Shown: piece by piece, positions 9,605 to 18,248 of the stretch
Layout of the letters: each line of letters starts with the position of its first letter
Numbering within the stretch: the stretch's first letter is position 1
Source: a virus
IMG/VR virus record: IMGVR_UViG_3300025425_001694
Reading direction: 5' to 3' (one strand)
DNA: 64,000 nt
Notes under the pieces: generated by a model
Databases searched by the model: none
What the model saw: the letters and a program-made list of their open reading frames with translations, nothing else
What the model was told of the DNA's origin: nothing
Translations under genes and position numbers: made by a program

Positions 9605-10418
9605 ATTTATAGCTGCGATGGATCACAGCGGTGGTTCAACCGGTGCCGTGTTAAAACGATACGGGCAAGAATATACTGAAGAAGATAAAATGGAAAAAGT
9701 TCATGCTATGCGATTGCGCATGGTGAACTCGCCAGACTTTAACGATGAAAACATCTGGGGAGCAATCCTTTATCAAGACACGGTCACGCGTGGAATGGTT
9801 AACATCTTGGATGAAATAGGTATTGAAACATTCCTAAAAATTGATAGTGGCTGTCTTAGTAATGGTATGATGAGACAATTTCCAGTAAAGCAAATGCTAG
9901 AGTTTGCTACATCTGCCGATGAAAATAGTGCAAGCATTGGTCCTAAAATTTATGGGACGAAGATGCGCAGTATCATACACAATCCATTTATGATTGATCC
10001 TGTGCTCAAACAACAGTTTACACTTGCCCGTACTATTAGCGAATACGGACTCGTTCCAATTATCGAACCTGAAGTTCCTATTAACCATCCCGATAAAGAA
10101 GCAATTGAAGATACATTAATGTGTCTCTTGGAAGTTTATCTACACAGCAAAGACTTTCCTGTTATTCTTAAACTAACACCGCCCGAAGTACCTAACTTAT
10201 ACCACAACTTAACAGTTAAACATAACGTAGAACGTGTAGTATTTTTGAGTGGTGGATATAGTACAAACGAAGCATGCAATAGACTTGGCCTCAATGAAAA
10301 CGTAAGCGCCAGTTTTAGTAGAGCGTTATCGCAAGACTTGATTTATGACATGGGAGATACCCAGTTTAATACTATCATGTCTAGAAATATTAAATTAATA
10401 ACCGATGCATGCGGATAA
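9597..10418 (+). CDS. Fructose-bisphosphate aldolase class I (bacterial type)
   Basis: FIAAMDHSGGST, GTKMRS, PIIEPEV, Schiff-base LKLT, LSGGYS, SFSRAL. Confidence 0.9.
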   Translation: MGRFIAAMDHSGGSTGAVLKRYGQEYTEEDKMEKVHAMRLRMVNSPDFNDENIWGAILYQDTVTRGMVNILDEIGIETFLKIDSGCLSNGMMRQFPVKQMLEFATSADENSASIGPKIYGTKMRSIIHNPFMIDPVLKQQFTLARTISEYGLVPIIEPEVPINHPDKEAIEDTLMCLLEVYLHSKDFPVILKLTPPEVPNLYHNLTVKHNVERVVFLSGGYSTNEACNRLGLNENVSASFSRALSQDLIYDMGDTQFNTIMSRNIKLITDACG

Positions 10419-10473
10419 AAATAAAATGAATCAATTAGAACACGCATTTTTTAACCATAAAAAGGACAACAAC

Positions 10474-10893
10474 ATGACCAAAATTAAAAAAGCTTTTTGG
10501 CTGATACTTGGATTTCTTAGTCTCGGCATGGCCTACATAGGAGTCATTGTTCCTGGAATTCCGTTTTCAATCTTCTTAGTATTCGCGGCATACTGCTTTG
10601 CTAAAAGTTCTAAAAAAATGCACGATTGGATTTACAACCACAAATACTTTGGACCATTCCTAACGAATTGGACACAAAAGAGTGTATTCCCTACTAAGGG
10701 TAAATATGCAATGATTTTAGTTATGAGCAGTTCACTTGCTTTTTTGTATTTCAGTACAGGAAATATCAAGGCAACACTATGGAGTGGAAGCTTCATGGCA
10801 CTAGTTGCAATTTGGGCTTGGAGATATCCAGGCTCAGTTAATGAATGGGAAACTCGGCAAGACGCAGGGAAAAAAATTGGCTGGTTAAAATGA
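10474..10893 (+). CDS. YbaN/DUF454 family inner-membrane protein
   Basis: GVIVPGIPFSIFLVFAAYCFAKSS...HKYFGPFLTNW; RBS AAGGA. Confidence 0.85.
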   Translation: MTKIKKAFWLILGFLSLGMAYIGVIVPGIPFSIFLVFAAYCFAKSSKKMHDWIYNHKYFGPFLTNWTQKSVFPTKGKYAMILVMSSSLAFLYFSTGNIKATLWSGSFMALVAIWAWRYPGSVNEWETRQDAGKKIGWLK

Positions 10894-10911
10894 TTTAATT
10901 TCATTTTTTAG

Positions 10912-10940
10912 TTGACATTCCTGTTAGAATCAGTTATATT
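10912..10940 (+). promoter_or_regulatory. Early promoter cassette with GANTC in spacer
   Basis: TTGACAttcctgttaGAATCagtTATATT. Confidence 0.8.
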
Positions 10941-10974
10941 GTATATATAAGGTAACAAAAAAGGAATCACTACA

Positions 10975-11346
10975 ATGACAAAATTCGCAGTATATCAAAT
11001 TCAACTTACTTCAGCTCAATGCGACGCGGTTAACAACAACGAGATTGTTCCAGCATTCGAAGCTCGTAACAAAATGATGATGGACTTCAGCGGAGATCGT
11101 ATTGGTGGTTTGGCTTCTAACGCTTTCGAAGCTGGTCTATATACTCACGTAGCTAACATCACAGCTAAAGATTACAATGATTGTTTCGAAGTTGGTAACA
11201 TCGGTCCCGAGTCAAGCATCGAACGTTTGTCTCGTATGTCTTCACTTTCAGTTGGCGATGTTATCGTCCACGAAGATGGTACAGTAGCAGTTATTGCTCC
11301 AGTTGGTTTTGTAGCCTTTTCACATAATATAAAGGTAGCAGCATAA
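10975..11346 (+). CDS. Early protein with YodL-like motif
   Basis: FAVYQI N-terminus and SLSVGDVI...GF motif; strong promoter and RBS. Confidence 0.55.
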   Translation: MTKFAVYQIQLTSAQCDAVNNNEIVPAFEARNKMMMDFSGDRIGGLASNAFEAGLYTHVANITAKDYNDCFEVGNIGPESSIERLSRMSSLSVGDVIVHEDGTVAVIAPVGFVAFSHNIKVAA

Positions 11347-11426
11347 TGGGAGCTTTTGTTGGATGTTTAGTTTTTATCGTATTCTTAATTATTGCTACTG
11401 TAATTTACGAGAAATTTTATGATTAA
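11346..11426 (+). CDS. Putative 26-aa single-TM peptide
   Basis: TAATG coupling to upstream gene; MGAFVGCLVFIVFLIIATVIYEKFYD. Confidence 0.4.
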   Translation: MGAFVGCLVFIVFLIIATVIYEKFYD

Positions 11427-11925
11427 CTAATCCTGGCCATCTTCGAATAGAAATGGCGATTTTTGCTTCATATGGCAAGTAACTTACCTTATCGTTTTGA
11501 TTACCTCCTAAAATGATATAATATTCTGTTCCATTACTCGTGTAAGAACTTATATAAAAACCTACATGCCCCTTCCAATTAGAACCACCCCGAGGAAATA
11601 CTATTATATCACCATATTCTGGAGACTTTACTTCGTCTCCCCATTCTAGAAAGCTACGTGCCATCAAAGGATGATCGTGAAATTTGCCAGATCCTGGGAT
11701 GTTTACAGAATCAAGAATAGAATTAACAAACGCTGCACACCATTCAGTACGTACAGGATCTACTTCCATAAATGATTTTAACGCGGCCCTGTGATTGCTC
11801 TCGTCCATGCCAACGTATGCATCTGCGCTATTAATTAACATGACAGCTCTAGTTTCTTTTTCAATGTTTTCTAAATTAGCACAAGAAATTAAAAAAGTTG
11901 AGATAAATAAAATTAACAATTTCAT
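11395..11925 (-). CDS. TIGR02594-family NlpC/P60/CHAP-like cell-wall hydrolase, predicted lipoprotein
   Basis: WCAAFVN, ARSFLEWG, GDIIVF, GHVGF, LGGNQ; lipobox LISC. Confidence 0.85.
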   Translation of the reverse strand: MKLLILFISTFLISCANLENIEKETRAVMLINSADAYVGMDESNHRAALKSFMEVDPVRTEWCAAFVNSILDSVNIPGSGKFHDHPLMARSFLEWGDEVKSPEYGDIIVFPRGGSNWKGHVGFYISSYTSNGTEYYIILGGNQNDKVSYLPYEAKIAISIRRWPGLVNHKISRKLQ

Positions 11926-11944
11926 ATATTAAAAAGGTACCTTT

Positions 11945-12166
11945 ATGTATAATGCCATGATTCTTATGTGTCTTTACGGCGAAGCTGTTGACATTAACAA
12001 CTGCACTGTCATATATAATCAATTTATATACAAAACAGAAATTGAATGCATAGATTCTATTGCAGGGTTTTTAAATGATGAAATGTTTTCTATAGTATAT
12101 AAAGACTATAAACTAGAAAAAATTGAGTGTTACGAATGGTTCAATAGTGCTGAAAGTAAAACATAA
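11945..12166 (+). CDS. Hypothetical protein
   Basis: ORF with RBS AAAGGT; four Cys. Confidence 0.6.
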   Translation: MYNAMILMCLYGEAVDINNCTVIYNQFIYKTEIECIDSIAGFLNDEMFSIVYKDYKLEKIECYEWFNSAESKT

Positions 12167-12188
12167 TATTACTTTTTCTATTTATCTA

Positions 12189-12217
12189 TTTACAAACAAC
12201 ACAATGTGTAATATAAT
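12189..12217 (+). promoter_or_regulatory. Sigma70-type promoter, likely leaderless transcript
   Basis: TTTACA-N17-TATAAT ending 7 nt before the ATG at 12224. Confidence 0.55.
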
Positions 12218-12223
12218 AAACGT

Positions 12224-12535
12224 ATGTTAGAAAATTTTATAAAAAAAGACGATACCGATTCTGCAAAATGGGGTTCTCCTATTGAAGTAGAGATTCGCAA
12301 TCGAATTAAATTGTCAGTTGCTGCATACGCATACGAATATGAAAACGATTCGATAATGTCTGACGCTGAATATGATAAAAAATCGTTAGAAATAAAACCA
12401 AAGTTAAAGACAGGCTACTCCAGGATAGACGCGTTTTTTAAAAATAACTTCGATGCAGACACTGGTGTATGGATAAGAAAACATCCAGATCTGCTAAGAA
12501 TTAAAAATATATATAATGATTATTATAAGAGGTAA
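12224..12535 (+). CDS. Stand-alone NAD-ligase subdomain Ia-like protein
   Basis: AYAYEYENDSIMSDAEYD resembles LigA YY...ISDAEYD. Confidence 0.6.
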   Translation: MLENFIKKDDTDSAKWGSPIEVEIRNRIKLSVAAYAYEYENDSIMSDAEYDKKSLEIKPKLKTGYSRIDAFFKNNFDADTGVWIRKHPDLLRIKNIYNDYYKR

Positions 12536-12537
12536 AT

Positions 12538-13638
12538 ATGTGGTCATCGCAACAAGAAAAAGCACTTAAAGCTGTTGATAAATGGTTTTTTACAGAGTCA
12601 AAAAAGAAACAGATTTTTCGTATTTTTGGTTACGCAGGTACTGGAAAAACCACCCTTGCCACACACTTTGCACAAAACATCGATGGGTTAGTTATCTTTG
12701 CAGCATTCACTGGAAAGGCTGCTCTTGTAATGAAAAAAAGAGGCTGTGAAGGTGCTAGAACTATTCACAGCCTAATTTATATTGCAGGGCAAAACAAAAA
12801 GACTGGCGAAATTACTTGGAGAATGAATAAAGATAGTTCTCTTAAAGACGCGTCTCTTCTTATTATTGACGAATGTTCTATGGTAGATAAAGATTTAGCA
12901 GAAGATCTTCTATCGTTTGGTATACCTATTCTAGTTCTTGGAGATCCAGCCCAGCTTCCACCAGTTTCAGGCGCTGGATACTTTACTGACGCAAAGCCAG
13001 ATATCATGTTAACTGAAATACATCGTCAGGCTAAAGATAATCCTATTGTCTATCTTGCGTCTAAAATCCGCGAAGGTGTATATCCTGAACATGGGACGTA
13101 TGGCGAATCACGAATAGTTTCAAAGATCGCATCAACCGACGCACTAAATTCTAGTCAAATTTTGGTAGGTCGAAACGCAACTCGTGATAATATGAATATA
13201 AAAATGCGCAAGCTTTTAAAAATGAACGGCGAATATCCAATTCAAAAAGAAAAGCTTATATGCCTTAGTAATGACAAAGACTTAGGAATATTTAACGGCG
13301 GCATATTTAGCGTTGATAGAGTAATTGATACAAGACAAAAAAGTAATTTTTTACATATGAGTTTGTATCCAGAAGATGATGATGAAGGTATGCCGGTATT
13401 AGTAAAAGTTCACAAGAGCCAGTTCAGTGGAGAAGTATCAGCTCCAAACTGGAAGTTGTTAAAAGGAAGTCAACAATTTGATTTTGGCTACGCAATTACG
13501 TGTCATAAATCACAAGGATCACAATGGGATAACGTATTAATATACGATGAGTCTTGGTGCTTCCGTGACGATTGGCAACGTTGGCTGTATACTGCAATTA
13601 CCCGCGCGTCTGAAAAGGTAACGTTAGTTAAAAATTAA
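12538..13638 (+). CDS. dda: Dda/RecD-like SF1B DNA helicase
   Basis: GYAGTGKTT, IIDECSM, GDPAQLPPV, EIHRQ, YAITCHKSQGS, YTAITRA. Confidence 0.92.
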   Translation: MWSSQQEKALKAVDKWFFTESKKKQIFRIFGYAGTGKTTLATHFAQNIDGLVIFAAFTGKAALVMKKRGCEGARTIHSLIYIAGQNKKTGEITWRMNKDSSLKDASLLIIDECSMVDKDLAEDLLSFGIPILVLGDPAQLPPVSGAGYFTDAKPDIMLTEIHRQAKDNPIVYLASKIREGVYPEHGTYGESRIVSKIASTDALNSSQILVGRNATRDNMNIKMRKLLKMNGEYPIQKEKLICLSNDKDLGIFNGGIFSVDRVIDTRQKSNFLHMSLYPEDDDEGMPVLVKVHKSQFSGEVSAPNWKLLKGSQQFDFGYAITCHKSQGSQWDNVLIYDESWCFRDDWQRWLYTAITRASEKVTLVKN

Positions 13639-13662
13639 CAAATCTTATGATGTATTTTTTAG

Positions 13663-13691
13663 TTGACAAATTTTAAAAAATGTGTTATTAT
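13663..13691 (+). promoter_or_regulatory. Sigma70-type promoter
   Basis: TTGACA-N17-TATTAT. Confidence 0.65.
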
Positions 13692-13719
13692 TATATAGAA
13701 CGTAAGGAGAATAACTACA

Positions 13720-14166
13720 ATGGCCATGCACAAAACGAAAATTAATCATTCTCCAATCTTAGATACAGAACGAGTGTGTGAGCTATATTCTAAAAAGGAT
13801 GGTGTTCCTGTAAAATATGTCTGCACTAGTGCTGCAAATCATGGCACAGTTGCGATGGACATTTTTTATCGTCCTACACCGCATCCTGAGTTTGGCAATC
13901 ATTACTTTGGACTTTATAAAGCTACTGGATACGGTGCTGCTTTGGAGCCGCATGTCATGATCACTAACGCTGATAAGATTGAAGGTCTTGAGTTTGGTAT
14001 GATTGAAGGACCGGATGGTTGGGAATACAGCCAGCATCGACATGACTATCGTACTGTAGGTGATTGTGCTATTGATGGTGGCCGAGCATATGTTAAACGA
14101 GTTGGTGACGTGAGTGGGCCTTGTAAATATATGACAGTAAAAGACGGCGAATTTGTATTAGATTAA
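13720..14166 (+). CDS. Phage hypothetical protein
   Basis: RBS AAGGAG; SQHRHDY...IDGGRAY motif. Confidence 0.75.
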   Translation: MAMHKTKINHSPILDTERVCELYSKKDGVPVKYVCTSAANHGTVAMDIFYRPTPHPEFGNHYFGLYKATGYGAALEPHVMITNADKIEGLEFGMIEGPDGWEYSQHRHDYRTVGDCAIDGGRAYVKRVGDVSGPCKYMTVKDGEFVLD

Positions 14167-14220
14167 AAATGATTGGCATAGAGCATGAGTAAAAATGATT
14201 GGCATAGAGCATGAGTAAAA
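14164..14220 (+). repeat. Perfect 26-bp tandem duplication (2.2 copies)
   Basis: taaaaatgattggcatagagcatgag x2 plus taaaa. Confidence 0.95.
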
Positions 14221-14339
14221 TTCATTGGTTTGATAGAATTGAAAATCCAGCTAACAGAATGGTTGGGTACGAACACTATCCAGGATCGCACAAGGCAATT
14301 TGCTTCTGGTGGTTCTGTATTTTATGGAGTTCCAAATGA
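14211..14339 (+). CDS. Small hypothetical protein (42 aa)
   Basis: MSKIHWFDRIENP...; ATGA-coupled to next gene. Confidence 0.45.
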   Translation: MSKIHWFDRIENPANRMVGYEHYPGSHKAICFWWFCILWSSK

Positions 14340-14677
14340 CTGAATACAATCCTGACGAATACAATCCTGACAACTGGGTCATCATTAAGATTAAAGGTGA
14401 TGACCCTCACTACCGTGTCCTAGGCGGATGGAGTGGTGGTTACTTGGATGGTGACAGCTGGCGAATGAACAGTGGTATTACAAAGGTAGAAGAGGACGAA
14501 GCATTCTACTACTTCTATGGGTCTAGTGGGTCTCGATATCGTTGTTGTAAAGAGTCGTACACGTTAAGAATGAATAATGCTTATATTTGGGAACAACTAC
14601 AAGAACTTCACGGTGACACAGTTGAAATGATGTCAGAAGATACGGACTGGTTGAACACGGATTGGATTATCAAATGA
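14336..14677 (+). CDS. Phage hypothetical protein
   Basis: PDNWVIIKI...GGWSGGYLDGDSWRMNSGI; N-terminal 15-bp duplication (EYNPD x2). Confidence 0.75.
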   Translation: MTEYNPDEYNPDNWVIIKIKGDDPHYRVLGGWSGGYLDGDSWRMNSGITKVEEDEAFYYFYGSSGSRYRCCKESYTLRMNNAYIWEQLQELHGDTVEMMSEDTDWLNTDWIIK

Positions 14678-14847
14678 CTAAACTAGAAGAACTCAAGGCT
14701 GGTTATGATACTGCTCGTGATGCTTATGCTGCTATTCGTGATGCTTATGATGCTGCTTATGTTGCTTATGCTGCTGCTCGTGATGTGCGTGATGCTGCTT
14801 ATGATGCTTATAAAGCTGAACTGAAGAAGGAGAGCACAAATGACTAA
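14674..14847 (+). CDS. Ala/Asp/Tyr-repeat small protein
   Basis: Repeated RDAY/DAAY units; ATGA coupling. Confidence 0.6.
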   Translation: MTKLEELKAGYDTARDAYAAIRDAYDAAYVAYAAARDVRDAAYDAYKAELKKESTND

Positions 14848-14886
14848 ATTAGAAGGTGCTCGTAAAGCACAATTACTAGATAAAGT

Positions 14887-15066
14887 ATGACTGACCATAT
14901 GTGGAAACCAGTAGAAGAAGTTCCTGATGGTTGCTCCAAAATTGAAGTGATGTTTGAGGATAACTCCATAGGTCACTGGTGCTCATGCGATTATCATTGG
15001 GCTGTTGCTTTAAAACAAAAGTTGCCCATATATTATAGAATGGATATAGAGGATATGGACGAATGA
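14887..15066 (+). CDS. Small hypothetical protein (59 aa)
   Basis: MTDHMWKPVEEVPDG...DMDE; ATGA-coupled on both sides. Confidence 0.55.
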   Translation: MTDHMWKPVEEVPDGCSKIEVMFEDNSIGHWCSCDYHWAVALKQKLPIYYRMDIEDMDE

Positions 15067-15308
15067 GCTATAGGATTGAAGCCGCTACAAAAGAAGAATG
15101 GGCTGAAAGAGCATTATCTGGTGAGAAGAAGTTAGCTGACTTGAAAGATAGTATTAAAGAGTTGTTTAGTCTCCTTGATGCTACTGAAGAAACGGATGAA
15201 GGTCGGGCACACCGTCCAGTTCAAATAGTTTGTGTCCGTAGTGATATGTTGATGAAACTTGAGAACGTCTTGGCTACATTGAAAAGCACGTTAGGGGATA
15301 AAAAATGA
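15063..15308 (+). CDS. Hypothetical protein
   Basis: ATGA-coupled ORF. Confidence 0.7.
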   Translation: MSYRIEAATKEEWAERALSGEKKLADLKDSIKELFSLLDATEETDEGRAHRPVQIVCVRSDMLMKLENVLATLKSTLGDKK

Positions 15309-15469
15309 AGTTTATTCAACACCAAGATAATGGAACAAAGATTGAAATAGAAATCGACAATCATGCATCACTTGATGCTGTGCTTGAAGAGTTTCAAAAC
15401 TTTCTTCGTGCTTGTGGATACACAATTGAATATAATCAAGTGTTAACGATACAGGATATGGACGAATGA
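15305..15469 (+). CDS. Small hypothetical protein (54 aa)
   Basis: MKFIQH...LDAVLEEFQNFLRACGY...DMDE; ATGA-coupled on both sides. Confidence 0.65.
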   Translation: MKFIQHQDNGTKIEIEIDNHASLDAVLEEFQNFLRACGYTIEYNQVLTIQDMDE

Positions 15470-15972
15470 AAGTTAAAATTGGCGGATATCCAAACTATTA
15501 CTATTGGTTAGATAAGTTTTTTGGTTGGAATCCTAAACAAAAAATAAGCGTTCGTATTGATGAGCACGACACTTGGAGCATGGATAATACCCTTGCTCAT
15601 ATTATCCTACCTATGCTGGTGCAGTTGAAAGATACCAAGCACGGTGCTCCAAATGTAGACGCCGCCGATGTACCTAAAGAACTTCGTGCTACTAAAAAAC
15701 AACTGGCCGCATATAGTAAAACAGGCGAGACTGATGACAACTATTTCAAGCGTTGGGATTGGGTATTAGACGAAATGATTTGGGCGTTTGAACAGAAAGT
15801 AAAAGATGATTGGGAAAGCGATTATTACAAGTTGGAAGAAGGAGCTGGTGATGGGTTTCCTGGTGGTTTTAAACTAGTATGGGAGGATCGTGAAGGTTGC
15901 AAAGCGCATCAACTAAGAATGACCAACGGTTTTAAACTGTTTGGCAAATTTTACGAAAATTTATGGGATTGA
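15466..15972 (+). CDS. Phage hypothetical protein
   Basis: DTWSMDNTLAHII, WVLDEMIWAF, FGKFYENLWD motifs. Confidence 0.8.
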   Translation: MKVKIGGYPNYYYWLDKFFGWNPKQKISVRIDEHDTWSMDNTLAHIILPMLVQLKDTKHGAPNVDAADVPKELRATKKQLAAYSKTGETDDNYFKRWDWVLDEMIWAFEQKVKDDWESDYYKLEEGAGDGFPGGFKLVWEDREGCKAHQLRMTNGFKLFGKFYENLWD

Positions 15973-15976
15973 TGTA

Positions 15977-16189
15977 ATGAGTAAAATTCAAGCCAAACTA
16001 AATGTTATTATGGATGAAATCCAAGCTTTAATGGAAACCGGCCCAAGGGCACATCTTGAAGACGGATCTAATATTCACAAGCTTATGAGTTCTGCAGGAT
16101 TATATTTTGCTCATATGAATGACGAAAATAAAGATTATTATCAGGCTATTCAATATGCCATAGAAGAAGAAATGGAGTGGAAACTATGA
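15977..16189 (+). CDS. Hypothetical protein
   Basis: In-operon ORF from ATG 15977. Confidence 0.65.
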   Translation: MSKIQAKLNVIMDEIQALMETGPRAHLEDGSNIHKLMSSAGLYFAHMNDENKDYYQAIQYAIEEEMEWKL

Positions 16190-16365
16190 CGGACGGACCT
16201 TTTAAAAACGCATTTGACGCCGACACTACCGGTGTTGTTCGTAGAGAAATTGTAACATATCGTATGCGTGATGGCACGATGGTTAAAGAACAAGCATGTC
16301 GTGATTATTATCAGAGCGGTGATTATCACGACTCGCAAACAACTGCTCCATTGGTGGTACGATAA
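16186..16365 (+). CDS. Hypothetical protein
   Basis: ATGA-coupled ORF. Confidence 0.6.
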   Translation: MTDGPFKNAFDADTTGVVRREIVTYRMRDGTMVKEQACRDYYQSGDYHDSQTTAPLVVR

Positions 16366-16366
16366 A

Positions 16367-16597
16367 ATGGCTATATTACCCCAAGGTAGAAAACCGTTAA
16401 CCGAAACAGATTTGTTAAAAATGATACCTCGCAGTAATATTTATTGTACAGAAGAAATCATTAAAGAAGACACCGAAATGTTAGCTTGGCTCCGACTTGC
16501 AGCCGAAGATAGCGAAATCGTTACACGAATTGCAGATAGATTTGAATCGCTTGCAAATACAGCTCATAACCGTAAACATTGGACAGGACACGAATGA
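16367..16597 (+). CDS. Hypothetical protein
   Basis: In-operon ORF from ATG 16367. Confidence 0.6.
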   Translation: MAILPQGRKPLTETDLLKMIPRSNIYCTEEIIKEDTEMLAWLRLAAEDSEIVTRIADRFESLANTAHNRKHWTGHE

Positions 16598-16917
16598 TGG
16601 AAAAAGAATATGTTGTTATAACTACAATTTCAACTCACAAATCACGGTTTGTTATTCGTAAAGATGAATTGCAAAAAATGAACACTGATATTACTCTTAC
16701 AGACGAATCTGCTTTTGAATGGGCAGGAGACTCTGTTTTGTCTAATGAAATTAAAGAATTTTCTCAAGAATGGCTGGGAGACAGTTTTATTGACGCTGAT
16801 ATTAAAACTAAAGAAGAAATTTTACAATTGTTTGACCGTGAAAATGATTACCTGAAAAACTGGTCGCACGAGCAAAAAATGAATTGGATAAACAATTGGA
16901 GAGAAACTGATGTCTAA
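16594..16917 (+). CDS. Hypothetical protein
   Basis: ATGA-coupled ORF. Confidence 0.7.
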   Translation: MMEKEYVVITTISTHKSRFVIRKDELQKMNTDITLTDESAFEWAGDSVLSNEIKEFSQEWLGDSFIDADIKTKEEILQLFDRENDYLKNWSHEQKMNWINNWRETDV

Positions 16918-17176
16918 AATAGCAGTGACCATATATGGAAAAGATAATTGCCATTGGTGTAAAGAAGCAAAATCTTTAGCTGAAAGGTATTCTCTTAAGT
17001 ACGAATATAAAAATATAGGCACGGTAGAAAATAGAAACGAAATGTTTGAATTAGCTCCTGATGCTAAAACTGTGCCTCAAGTATTTTGGAATAATCAGTA
17101 CGTAGGTGGATATAATGAATTTGCTTCTGAAATCGAAAATACGCTAGGTAGCAATTTTGGACAAGAACTTTTTTAA
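16910..17176 (+). CDS. nrdC: Glutaredoxin
   Basis: CHWC active site, TVPQVF, YVGGY. Confidence 0.9.
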   Translation: MSKIAVTIYGKDNCHWCKEAKSLAERYSLKYEYKNIGTVENRNEMFELAPDAKTVPQVFWNNQYVGGYNEFASEIENTLGSNFGQELF

Positions 17177-17191
17177 ATTATCATTTAGCTA

Positions 17192-17226
17192 TTGACATTT
17201 GCCTAATAATAGTTTAGATTGATTCT
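17192..17226 (+). promoter_or_regulatory. Early promoter with GANTC directly after the -10 box
   Basis: TTGACA-N17-TAGATT-GATTCT. Confidence 0.7.
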
Positions 17227-17245
17227 ATAAACAAAAGGAATCAAT

Positions 17246-17488
17246 ATGACATATGCAATCGAACTTGACATTTCCCACGAACCTTCTCATTCGGAAGTTG
17301 TTCAATTCGCGGGTGACCATGGCTGCACAACTAAACTTCTGATGGAAAATGGTCCTGCAGGCGGCAATCCTCTTTATGAATTCTCATCTGATAACTATGA
17401 TAACATCCGAGGATTTCTTGAACGAGTTATAGGTTATGGTCATGGATTTGATGAAGAAGAACTTAAAACTATGATCGTAGAGGTATAA
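17246..17488 (+). CDS. Hypothetical protein
   Basis: GPAGGNP motif; RBS AAGGA. Confidence 0.75.
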   Translation: MTYAIELDISHEPSHSEVVQFAGDHGCTTKLLMENGPAGGNPLYEFSSDNYDNIRGFLERVIGYGHGFDEEELKTMIVEV

Positions 17489-17491
17489 ATT

Positions 17492-17680
17492 ATGATTGAC
17501 TATATTGAATTTGCAAAACGTCTTCGCAGCTTAGCAAGACGTGCTGATAATTTTGGAAAAAACCGCCAAGACGTTCTTTGGGAAATTATTGCAATTGCTG
17601 AAGACTATGAAGAAAAAGTAGATCGCCTTGAAATGGAAATGATTATCCAAGCTCAACGTGATGCAGTAGAAGCATCTTAG
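17492..17680 (+). CDS. Hypothetical protein
   Basis: RBS GAGGT, in operon. Confidence 0.65.
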   Translation: MIDYIEFAKRLRSLARRADNFGKNRQDVLWEIIAIAEDYEEKVDRLEMEMIIQAQRDAVEAS

Positions 17681-17681
17681 T

Positions 17682-18023
17682 ATGAGTATGCATATGATAC
17701 GTGGCGTACAAGTTCACGGAAAATGTAAAAAGAAACTAACTCCTAAAGATCGGCTAGCCGCTGTTGAGCATGAAAAGTGGCTTAAGTCTATGGGTGTTGG
17801 CAAGACAAAAGCTCAGAATACGAATACTATTCCAGATTATAGTACAGGACCGAGAATGACTTCTGATAAAATTGCAGGTCATGGTCGTGCTAAAGAGCGC
17901 AATGTATATAGTGGTGAACGACAACTGCTCGGCATCGCAACAATGCATAAAAGCAACATGGTACCAATCTTTGCCGATAAAAAAGAAGATGCTAAAGATA
18001 TTGCAGAAATGCGGAGAAATTAA
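17682..18023 (+). CDS. Basic hypothetical protein
   Basis: MHKSNMVPIF motif, in operon. Confidence 0.7.
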   Translation: MSMHMIRGVQVHGKCKKKLTPKDRLAAVEHEKWLKSMGVGKTKAQNTNTIPDYSTGPRMTSDKIAGHGRAKERNVYSGERQLLGIATMHKSNMVPIFADKKEDAKDIAEMRRN

Positions 18024-18227
18024 ATGAAGCTCACTACTAATATGATTATAGATGATGAGTATATTATGTTTGGAAACAGAATTACACGCTTTGAGGTTAT
18101 TGATAATAACGGCCGCTCTTATACAAAAAATGAAATAAAGGAAATAAAGTTTCAATTACAAGATGATGGTCAAACACTAAAAGCTTTTGTTCATTATAAT
18201 AAAGAAGAAGAAATATGTATTGATTAA
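18024..18227 (+). CDS. Hypothetical protein
   Basis: TRFEVID...QDDGQTLKAF. Confidence 0.65.
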   Translation: MKLTTNMIIDDEYIMFGNRITRFEVIDNNGRSYTKNEIKEIKFQLQDDGQTLKAFVHYNKEEEICID

Positions 18228-18248
18228 TAATTTAATCTAGGCAGGCTG

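Larger units (their letters stand above)
15050..15469 (+). repeat. 17-bp direct repeat bracketing two genes
   Basis: aggatatggacgaatga at 15050-15066 and 15453-15469. Confidence 0.9.
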
